Notes under the pieces: generated by a model
Told to the model about the DNA's origin: nothing
Databases searched by the model: none
What the model saw: only the letters and a program-made list of their open reading frames with translations
Origin: Elusimicrobiota bacterium
GTDB taxonomy: Bacteria > CG03 > SLGR01 > JBDRKX01
Length of the DNA stretch: 64,000 bases
Assembly: GCA_043813605.1 (NCBI GenBank)
Contig: JBDRKX010000047.1
Span: 1 to 64,000, forward strand
Direction: 5' to 3'
In this document: in pieces, positions 1 to 12,000 of the stretch
Position numbering within the stretch: position 1 is the first letter of the stretch
Layout: each line of letters starts with the position of its first letter
Translations under genes and position numbers: made by a program

Positions 1-1
1 C

Positions 2-3000
2 TTCAATATCTTCTCCGGCAATTTTTCCTGTAATGGGCGCCTTTACTATCTCTTCCCTTCCGGATTCCGCAACTACTCCGTCATAGCCTCTCTTAAAAGC
101 CTCCATGTTGATATCAATTATTTTCTGCCCCTTCTTTTTCAGGCTCTTATAAAGGCTGTTATTTAATGCAAGCATCATATCAGCTTCATCAAATTCTATA
201 CCCATGTATTTTGATATCTTTACAGCCGCTCCAAGCATCGGTACGTTTTCGAACTTAGATATTTTAGCAGCATCAAGTGTATAAATCCTTAAATCTTCTA
301 TATTATATTCCGCCCTAATCTCCTCCGGGCTAAGCGGTGTATTTACTATAAGTATTCCATCCTTATCCAGACCGGAGAGACAATCTATCTGAGACAGCAG
401 GGTAGAATCGATTACAATACTTAAATCCGTACTTCTAAGCTGGCTGTGTTCCCTTATCTTCTCTGTGGCCTCCTTATTAAAGGCTGTAACAGGCGCACCT
501 TTGCGCTCCGGTCCGAAGAACGGGAACGCGCTCGCCGGCATTCCAAAAGCGTTCTTGCAGATCTCGGCAAGTATTTCAGCTACCGTTACCGCGCCCTGGC
601 CGCCTCTGCCGTGCCACCTTATTCCAAGCATCCTGCTGTCGAATCTTTCCATATTTTTAAGCGCATTCTCTTTATTGAGCACAACCGGTTCGGGTTTCTG
701 CGCCGGAGTTATTTCAACTATCGCGGCCTGACTCTCATCTGCAACCTCTTCTGCTTTTTCATCAGTTTCAGAGACATCCAGTCCGTCCAGGGCTTCCAGT
801 CTTCTTATATCTTCATTTACAGTTGCCTGGTAATTTTTTATACCTTCGGCAAACTTCGGAAGCATCACCCCGTTCTTATCGAACATATGGCTGAACCTTC
901 CCTGCCTCTTAAGCCAATTCTCTAACTTTAAAGGATCTTCTACCTTTTCCGTAATCCTTAAAACACCATTTTCTACCTCATATAGCGGCCATACATTGGC
1001 CTCTACTGCCATTTTAGCTATTTCAAGTGACTCGTCTGATCTTATCCGGTGTCCAGGCGGACAGGATGAATACGCTATTATCACAGAAGGGCCGTTATGA
1101 GCCAGAGCTTTTTTTATTTTCCTTCTGAAATCCGCAGTATGCGAAGGGGAGACATAAGCTACATACGCGTTCTTCCCATGCGCTCTTATAATTGCGCCCA
1201 GGTCTTTGCGCTGCTCTGCCTTACCTCCGGGCGTAGTAGTTGTTACCGCTCCGAACGGCGTAGCGCCCGAACGCTGTACGCCCGTATTCATGTAAGCGCC
1301 GTTATCAAGTACGACATACAAACCGCGGTGACCTCTCTCAAGCCATCCGGAGAATTCCGCCAATCCTATATCATATGTTCCGCCGTCACCCGCGACAGCT
1401 ACAGGATAATGGTTGGCAAACTCTTTTCTGCCTTTCTTTACAAGATATTTTATCGCAGCAGCTATTCCGGCTGAGACCGCCGCAGTATTCTGAAAGGCTA
1501 CATGTATAAACGAATTCAGCCATGCTACCTGAGGAAATATACTTGTAGAGACCTCAAGGCATCCGCTTGTCCCTATAGTTATCGGCTGAAGCCCGGCATT
1601 TCGCACCTGTTCCATAACCATACCCATTATAATCGGTTCTCCGCACCCCGCGCATGTTCGGCTTCCGCTTACAAGCCCGCATATAGAACTGACTTGTTCT
1701 CCCGTATCTTCAGAAATATAATCATCGTGCATTATAGCATCGAGCTTATCGTCACCGGATTTTTCCCCGGGATAAAAGGCAAGGATGCCGTAATCCTTAA
1801 GTATATCTCTTTGAAGATTCGCGGTGATCCTATCATGACTTCCTGTTACAACAAAATCCAACTCGGATTTTGTTAATGCTTTTTTCAGATTTTTTCCTGA
1901 CTCATCTTCTTCTACGGTTATAACCCTGTAACCTCCTGCGCGCATTTTATCGGCTATAGCAGCATCAACTTTCTGAGAGCCGTAGACTATTACATTTCTT
2001 CTTAATTGTATGCTTATATGAGGAATATTCTCCTTCTCGGAGGATACAGCGAGCATCATGGGATGACCTTCGGGCTGATACTCTATCTGAGTTATTTTAT
2101 CATCACTATAGACAATATCACCTTCCAGTAGATCCATTAACTTCAGGGCCTCTTCGCCTTTGAGTTCCACCGTCCTGTCAGTAGAATACGCATAGAGTTC
2201 AGGCATGGGATTAAGCTTCAGCTCGGTCTTATTTACCATCTCGATAGCTTCTTTGGAACATATTACGGCACAGAGTCCGCATGCCTTACAGTGATCCGAA
2301 TCTACGCCTATCAGTTTTCCGTCACGCACAATCAGCGCGCTGTCAGGACATATTTTAGTGCATTTAAGACAATTTATGCACTTGCCTTCGAGTTTCATTT
2401 CAATCTTTGTTTCAGCAAAATTTATTACAGGAAGCTGTGTACCCCAGGAACCGGTTTTATTGGCAAATGCGCTGCCAGGTCTGACATTTATCCCGCCTGT
2501 TACAAGCTTTTCGTACGGGGTATCGCCTTTTTGCGTAAGAATAGCCGCCTTATTTATATATCCTAATAATGCTTCCTGAATATTCAGATTCGAGACTCCG
2601 TTAACCGGCAAAGCGAATATGGTCTCATCATTTTTGTCCCTTAATGTTATAGCTATACCCTGTCCGTCTTTTGTTACAAGGATATACTCCGCTTTTTCAA
2701 GGTTCCTCTGTTTTATGACTGGTTCATTATCCTTAAAAACTTCATCCAGCATACTTGTTGCCAGGGGCCCGAGTATATTTTCCTTGTATCCGTTACCAAG
2801 GTCGGCAGTTTTCATAACAAAATATCCAGGAGCAAGAACTAACGACATCATTAAATTTATCTGGTTGAGCTTATCATTGAGAGCATTTTCCGGCAGGCCT
2901 TTTGAAGAAAGGTATTCTACCTCAGCAGCATCTACTTCACTGTCTACATCAAGGTCGCCCCGGGCATAATGATGCATCCTTTTTAATATATTAATAAAAA

Positions 3001-6000
3001 GGGCAGTCAGTTCGACTTCGTTCAGCCCGTTTATTATCTGCGCAGGGATAGATATATTCCTTTCATACAGGAATTCATTCACTACATCAAGGCCGGATTT
3101 TCCCAGATCAGGTTCAGCCAGAATCCTTATTTCTCCAAGTATTGTTAACGTACCGTCTTTTTCTTTTAACTTTATTTGAAGCTCTCTATTTTGGTCAGTC
3201 TTATTTATTACCAGTTCTATGCCGAGATATTCTCTTGCTTCTTTTAGAGACTTTTGAATTTTGTCTTCTATATTACCTTGTATTACAACAGCGAGAAGTC
3301 TAATATTGTCATTTGTAACAGCCTGAATATAGCTATTAAATATTTCTTCACGCGCCAATCCCATAGCTGCCTGCAGTTGAGCAACAGCAAAAGGCATATA
3401 CGATTTCGGCTCAGTATCTTTCGGATTCCTTAACCCGTCTATCACCTTATTTATTTTTTCTACCGTTTCAGCGTCGTTATTATCATACGCAGCCAGTATC
3501 TCATATATCCTGTTTTTGATCCTGTTTACTATCTCGACCTGAAGGATACCGGGCGCGACATCCCTTTCCACACTTGCTTTCAGCAGGAATGGAATAAGCT
3601 CATCCGCAAGCCCTATTATACCTTCCCTTGCATCCTTCTTGAACCAGTCCCAGTTTTCTGCAAGTTCATCTACAGAATACATGTTCTTCTGGGGCCCTTC
3701 CTTAGCTGAGATGACATAGACACCGCCAAAGTTCCCTATGTAACCTTCAAGCCCTAGGACACCTCTTTTGTACAGTTCACTTTCTATAGCGGCGATATCA
3801 GCGGCGTTCGTCCCGAAAGTGCTGTTCTCCCCGCCGATTATCGTATGCGGGAACCTTGCTGTGTACCTGTCGATGTTTCCGGCTGTAACGGTAGGTCCGG
3901 CCGCAGCGGTAAAGAGGATGTCTACCTGCTCGTCTTTCTCCTCAAGAAGATCAAGAAGTGTATTACGCGGATCATCGCTCTTCAGGTCATTAACCCTTTT
4001 TATCTCGAAACCTTTCCGTTTTTCCATAGTTTCAAGGACAAAGCCGTCACGCACCTTATCTATACCGGACAAACGTTTTTTAAGTATTATTTTTATATCG
4101 TCACTTGTAAAACCTTTCTCATTATAAGCGACTCCGGAGTGCTCCAGGCCGCGTTCTACCATAGCAACAAGCTTTACTTTTGCTTTTCCTTCAAGTTGTT
4201 CATTTATATAATCTACGAGTCCGGCCATACCGGCGCCGACCTGACCGCTTCCGGTAATAGCCATAGTAAGTTCCCACCCCTTTTCTATCTTTCCGATTTC
4301 TATCATGTGTCTGATCACATGAACTATTTGCTGGGCGTTCCCTTGAGCTGTTGAATTATCAAGACCGGGATCCGAGAAAAGCGACCGTGCTGTCAGTGTA
4401 CCGCCTCCGATTATGGCACCAAGTATCTTGTCTATTATTACTTTTGTCTCGGGGTCTAACTCCCATTTATTTTTCCCGCCTATACGGCCTTCTCTTATGG
4501 CTTCAACTACAGCCTGGCGGATAGACCACATAAAAGGATCCCTGAGAAAATATTTTTTATCTATATTCTCATGATCTCTAAGCTGCCTATCCCAGTAATC
4601 CATGGCCGGATCTTCAAGGTCGTATAAAGCCCGGGTCTTCTGAGCTGATTCATATGTTGGCCACTTGTTTGGAATTACTGATAGTGATTTTAATAATGCT
4701 AATTCTTCTCCAATGATTGAACGATACTCTTCACGCACAGCATCTACAGCCGGCTGGATGTGTCCGCCCGAATTCATATCGGGACCGCCGACATTATTGG
4801 ACCAAACGCCGTCATCACCCACAACATTCACGACGGCTCGGGCCATTCTGGAAAGGACTTTGTCAACATCCGCACCTTCTGTCAGAACCGTCACTGTCTT
4901 CGAACCGAGATAAGGTACGGTTGCCCAGATGTTTTTCAGGGCCATACCTTCGGCAAGTCCTGAATCCTCTTCAAAAATCTTATTAAAATTGAGAAGCTGT
5001 TTCAGATATTTCACTCTTATGCCGCCTACGGATACCGGGTCGGCTTTGATTGTGATGGTAAAACTGCCTGTTCTGTCGGGAGCCATAACAACTCTGTACA
5101 ATTTATGTTTCTTCTTTCCTTTAGGAAGTTTTGCGGCGTCAAATACAAGTACCGGAGGATCACGCGAGTCATATCTCCTGGAAAGCATGTTTGATGCAGT
5201 CAGGGCATCCGCGATCCACAAATATTCTCCGAGAAGTGCCCTGTCTTCCTTGTTTGCCTTCCTGATGGCTTTTTCTACAGCACGATGGGCCGTTTTATAA
5301 CTTTTCTGCAGTTCAGGTTTTCTGGTATCCGGAGCCGCTGCAAGACTGAGTTTTGCATCAATAAAGTTTTTCAGTTCTTTGGCTATTTCAGGATATTTCG
5401 ACAATGTCTTCCGCATATCATAATTGGAACCGTAATCCTCGGGAGTCGCTTTCCCGGTAGCGAGCCCGTGCATCATCGCCAGATTAAGAAGTACCTGTTC
5501 TTTTATCTTATCCGGCTGGTCCAGTTCGTTCGAACTTTTTGCCGACACTACAGGCTCACTGCTTATCTGTTTGTATATCTGTTCTCTTATCCTCTTATCC
5601 TGCTGCCTCTTTATACTGAGATAAAATGCTTCTGCCATTTCGTTCATCTTAAATGAATAGCTCATCTCGTTATCGTATCCAACAAGAAGCCTGAATGTGT
5701 CAGGAGTGATCTGCTCTATCATATCAGAGAACACGATCGAACCTGTCCGACGGCCGCTTATCCGATCTTTCCACAGATGTTTGCCGTCTTTCTGGTCTTT
5801 TTCACCATAGACTTCAAGTACATCCGGGAACTCAGCTCCTATCCTTTCTATATAGTTTTTGAATATATCTATGGAAATATTATTCGGGAGCTGCATCATA
5901 AAATCAAAAACCGATCCGCCCACAACATCCACCTTGCCGTTTTTAAATGCCGGAGGTGTACGGAGCGCAGTAAACAGCGCGTTTATTATAAGATGTTCTT

Positions 6001-9000
6001 TTACACCTTTAGCAGCTCCGGTAGATTTCGGGAAGAGATGGCCGTAAGGCCCTTTATTACCGTCATTTGTATACATATGGAAAGTAGTTCCGAGCAACGA
6101 GAGTTTTCCGAAAGCGGAAAGGAAGAGACTTATATATGAAGCGCCGTTAGTACTGCATGATGTCGGTGTAGCAAACATTGCTCCAAGCTCCTTTATAAGC
6201 GGCAGCTTGTGTACCATCCATTTTCCGAGATGGTGTATTCCACCGCCAAGAGGAAGAAGAAGCTTTTTAGTGATCTGGGCTTTAAGGTACATAAAACTGC
6301 CTGCATCTCCTACCATTCTTTCTCTTTCAATCTGCTTCAGCAGTTTCTTCAGCCGGATAAGTTCATTAGCCGCATCAAGTTCCGGCGTTATTCCTTCTAT
6401 TTTATTTACACCTGCAAGGTCATAAACAGTAGGACCGCTCAGCTTTATTCCGGCTTCTTCAAGATAACCGTCACCGATTTCCACGCCGCCGGGTGTTGCG
6501 TCTGTACGCCAGCCGAAGTATATAGCGTCATCACCATCAGCAACGATCCACGGTCTCGGGTAATTATCCTGCTCGACGCCGGCCTTTTTCTGGCCTTCAG
6601 TGAACTGTTTAGTATCAGCGCAGTATACTTTTCCGACGACTTTGTCATCAAGAACTATGTTCACGTAGTATATGCTCTCCACAGGAGTCTTGCGCTTATA
6701 ATCCTGTATCGCCTGGAGTACTTTTTCTCCGGCTTCAAATTTAAGCCGGTTCTTTTTCAAAAGATCCGAAATTTTCATTTCGGTATTGTCTTTCAGTTTC
6801 AGAGTAAGACCCGAATTCTCAATAACAGCATCAGAAAACATCTTCTCGACTTCTTTTTTCGCCGAGATCATCTTCATATCGGCATCATCACCCTTGAGCG
6901 AGCGGGTTGCTACCATATATTTTCCGAAATATCCTTCTTCCTTGCTGTTGACATCAGATACAAGACGCAATGCCAGTCCGAGCGTTCCGATCCTTCCGGT
7001 ACCGTCAAATGCCTCATTCGGTTTATCTGACGGTTTCACTTTTATCGGATCATCTACTTTCAGGTTCCTGAAAATCAACCTGAACTCATGTCCGGACATA
7101 AATTCGGCAAGCTGGAGCATATCATAAGCCCACTTGCCTTGTTGATCACTATATTGTCTGCTTAGCCTTGCAAGGATCTCTTCTGCCCTTTTATTTATTC
7201 TTATACCTTTACTTTCCAGGTGAGCGATTATACTGACGGCACTGGATCCGTTGATCTCCAGCGCATCTTCTTCTCTTACAGCTTTATTCAGCCGAGCCGC
7301 GAATTTACTGATCTCCATCCTGAGAGGTTCGAACATCTCGGCAACATTAAACTGGTCCTTTGCCACCTTGTCTATATGGTTCGTCAGCTTGTAGTAGAAT
7401 CCTATAATATTATCCTGGAGTTCCCTGTCGCCCAGCGCAATTACGCGGCCCGCTTTTTCATCAAACGAAGGTGAAGAAAGTATGTAAAGGAGCATGGAGA
7501 GCTGCTGTATCCTGTTAAGATCGGACAGGAATTTCTTAAGATTATCTCCAAAATAAGGTATACCGGATTTTTTATCTTTCAATGACCTGAAAACGCCCAG
7601 ATCCTTATCTACTTCGATACCGTCGGCATTAAGAAGCTCACTGATATCAATATTATTGATTATATCTTTAAGAAGCCCCAGATGTTCTGTTTTACCCGCA
7701 GCCAGTTCTCCGAAAAGGTCAAAACTGAACTTATCGAGCGCCTCAAGCGCCGATGCCGTATCTTTAACATCAACACTGGCCCAGTCAGTTCTTTCGGATA
7801 ATTTTACTTCAGGCAATCTTGAACGGATCTTCGCGTTTATCTTTTCAAGTCCCTCGATATTATCTCTTACCCAGTAATGGGTATGTATCATCACGTCCCC
7901 GCTATCTGTCTTAACGGCAATAGCCGATGTAAGATCGAACCCGACGGTCCCGATATCTCCCCAGCCGATAGTATGTGTACGGGCCTGTTTCCCGACAGTG
8001 GAGACAAGTCCGTTACCGGCGAATTGACCTTTCAGGTATTCCATCACGATCTTTGTCACCGTCTGTTCGTCTTTGGCCTTTTCCACAGCCTCAGCTATCT
8101 CGGCAGGTATATTGTCTTTTGATACAAGTACCGGTACCACAACAAAATCTACCGGTTTATCAGCGCCCTGCGGTATTTCTGCATAAATACCGTTTTTCTT
8201 TTTCATATCAAGGGCTGCTTCAATATCCCCTTCCGAAGTGTTCTCTTTTCTTATAGTAGAGAATGACGGGACAATGATCGCTCCCTCGAACGCGCCGGAG
8301 AGTACATTTACCATCTCATCATATGACGCGTCTGTAATTGCTTCTATTATTCTTGATGTTTCTTCTGTTTGCCTTGATCTGTCGCTGAATATATCAACAA
8401 AATTGCCTGTATTAACGGCGGCTGGATGTCTGTGAAGGAAGGTATCGGTGATCAGTTCCCTTGTATAAACAGGGATGGCTGTCGCTTTTTCAATACTCTC
8501 TATAAGTTTCTCGACCTGCCCTTTCCTTAACTGGGACTGTCTAAGTGCGTTTAATCCGGATAATGTAGTACCCGCAAGTATCTGCAGAGGCACTCCGCCG
8601 CCTGTAAAGGTGACAACATTCTCCATTCCTTTGAGACCGTATTTCTTTGCGGTAGAACTGGCGTCGCCGCCTATAGCAACGACCTTTACTCCATGTCCGG
8701 CAAGTTCTTTCAGTTTATTAAATACCTCTTCAGTGCCTTTCTGGTATTTACCGCTGGGTTCTTCCATGTAACCCATTGTACCGTTGACAAGCACTGTCTG
8801 ACCGGCTTTCAGCGTATTCAGTTTTTCCAGATACTTGGCTACCGATTTAGCATCAATATCATAATGGTTCTTATCACTGTATCCCAGAGCGACCACGAAA
8901 TCAGGACCCATTTTCTTAAGCTCTTCAAAGAGCTTCTGTTCTTCGGTCTCAAGCGCGATTGACGGGCCGCTCCCGATAAGGGCAAAATGCCTGAGTACTT

Positions 9001-12000
9001 TAAGCAGGTCTTTAAGGAGCGGTATCTTATCAAGTTTCGCGCCGCCGAAAACAAGCGCGTCAAACCCGTTCAGTATAGAATCGAGTTCGTTGAATTCCCT
9101 GAGCATTGCAGGACCGGCGAATACCTCGTCTGCAAGCAGCGGGACATCTTCCACTGACGCGCCTTTTGAACCTATATCACCAAACGCGTCAAAAATGAAT
9201 ATCCCGTCCGAAAGGCTGATCAGGCTGTATGCGAATTCCGGCCGCTTTGTTCCTGTTTCATGTGCATCGTCAAACCTGACATTTTCGAGGACATTGATCT
9301 TTCCTTTGATTATATCGCTCTTTGAAATAGTCAATCCGAGGCCATTATCCCTGCCTATACTGCCGGCATGAAAATGGACCCGGCCCGGGAAGAGCGCTGA
9401 ATCAATGTAGTTTGCTGAATCTTTCATCGACTGGCGGTCATCCTTATCGGCACTCTTTCTTCCATTATGGCCGTAGAGTATCGGAGTAGCACCCTTTGAC
9501 AGAAGGAATTCCACTATCTCTTTAATATTATCGAGCCTTGCAGTATCCTTTATCTTTCCGTCTTCGGATTTCACGTTCATGTTGACTCTTACAAGCACAT
9601 TCTGGCCGGTAAGGTCCCTGTCTTTAAGTTCTTCGATAGTAGGTATTTTGTTCAGAAGTTCTATATTCCTGTTCGGCTGAACTTCTTTCTGTACTTTACC
9701 TTTACCGAATATCTTCCTTACAATATACTTTATAAATATTACAGCAGGTATCCCTACGGCCGCTATTGCAGCCAGCCATATTACAACTGTGCTGAATATA
9801 GCTAATCCGTCTACTGTAAAATCTATGAACTTTGCAGCAGAAGCAGGCATTGCTGACGCTATTTCGGCATAAGTAAGCAGAGTGACACCGGTTATCAAGC
9901 CGGTCACCTTTGAAGCCACTGAACCGGCAAATTTCTTAGCCGGGCTTACTGCTGATTCTTCTTGAGTATCGCTGCTGGATACATCTTTAAACCGGCTTAC
10001 CCTTGCCATCACTTTTTCTATTTTCTGCCTGGCGCCTTTTCTGACTTCAACACCTTTCTGTTTAGCTTTTTTCAGACCGGTCAGCCTGCTTATCAGAAGG
10101 GCATGATCCTTTTTGAGAACAGGATTATTTTCAATATCTTTTAGCGCTACGGTCACCATATCAATGAGCTCATCAACAGGCATTGTCCGTATAGAGCTGA
10201 TTTTCTCGGCAGCAGTCACGCTGAATGCCGGAGGTGTTATGTCAGGTATTTTTGTCCCTTCTTTTGCCACAACGGACATATAGTAGTTATCAGGGGTAAG
10301 ATACTTGCGCATGACCCTCTGTACGTCTTCCGGGGTCACTGCCATTATACGATTTCTGCTCTTGGTATATGCGTCATAACCTATACCTGAAACTTCACTG
10401 GACGCCATACTGTCGGCATATTCTTCATTGGTCTGCATTGAAACGATCATGCCGTTTGCAATACTTTCTTTTGCTCTTTCGATCTCTTCTTCAGTGAATC
10501 CATTTCTGTATATATTCTCCAACTCGGTCCATAAAGCCTCTATAGCTTCACCTGTTTTCTCCGGAGCAGTCTCAATGTAATTGATAAACAGGCCGGAATC
10601 CGCTTTACCGCTGAAGAATGAACCGACAGAATAAGCGAGCCCTTTTTCTTCGCGTATTGTCTCAAATAGACGCCCGCCGAAACTACCGAGAATGTTCTGT
10701 ATGATATAAAATACGAACCGGTCTTTGTCGTTTGACGAAATAGCCGGAAAAGCCACGGTTATAAGGGATTCATCCCGGTCTATACCTTTATGCGCTTTTT
10801 TAACACCACTAATGAGCGGCGTTTCCGTTTTGGGAACTACTACCGGTTGAGCATTTCTCGTCAGAGCGCCGAAATATTTTTCAACTTCTGTTTTTATCGT
10901 GTCTATATCGACATTACCCGATATAGACAGTATCATGTTCTGCGGGTTAAAATTCAGTTTATGCCATTTCTCGATATCGCTCCGCGTAAGTGATTTAACA
11001 CTTGAGTCTGTACCAAGTGTATCCATGCTGTATGGATGGTTCCCATGGGCCGCCTGTTTTATCATTTCAAGCGATATATTCCAACTGTCGTCGGCGTTTA
11101 CTTTAATTGTATTGAGTATGTTCCTGCGTACCATTTCAAGATCATTGGCCGGAAAAGCCGGATTGAAAATGATATCCGAGAGTAGTTCCAGACCGAAACC
11201 CGTGTCTTCACTCAACAGTTTCAGGCTCACCTTAGTGGAATCACTCCCGGCTGCTGCGCCTATTGAACCGCCCCGGTCTTCTATCGCTTCATTGATCTGC
11301 TGGTAAGTCAGGTTTTTTGTCCCTCTCAGCAGCATTTCAGTAGCCATATTATTTATACCGTTGTTTTCGGTATCTTCAAGGCGTATACCGCCCTTTACCA
11401 ACAGTTCCATTGATATCGAAGGCACGGAGTTTTCCCTGCTGATAAGCAGTGTCAACCCGTTATCAAGTACTATTTTTTCTATTGAGCGGGTTTCAGATAT
11501 TTTTTCTATCTTTGAGACCTTCTCGCGCATTTTACTGATCTCTCTTTCCTGGCGTCTTACCCAGGCTTCACCTACGGCGGATCTTGCAGGATAGAGATCA
11601 GTTATATCCTCCGCGCTTACTGCCGGAGACTCGGGGATACCGGTAGTTTCACCCGGTTTCATCGTAACGACAGTGAGTTTATCTTTAGTAAGATATTTTG
11701 CTGCGACTCTCCGTATATCTTGCGGAGTGGCTTCAAGTATTGTCTTGATATAAGCTGACATCAGTTCGGGATGCCCTATTAGCGTACCCCATGTCATAGC
11801 GCTTGCCGGACCTTCGACACTTTCCCTTTCAAATACTTTCATCGCTTTGATGCGTTTTTTCGCCCTGTCCAGTTCTTTCTGTGTCACACCGTCTCTTATA
11901 AGCTTGTTTATCTCTTCCATAACGGCGGTCTTCATCTCTTCATATTTTGCCTGGTCTACCAAAGTTGCGAAAACCGAAAAATCACCGTTATACCTGTTCT

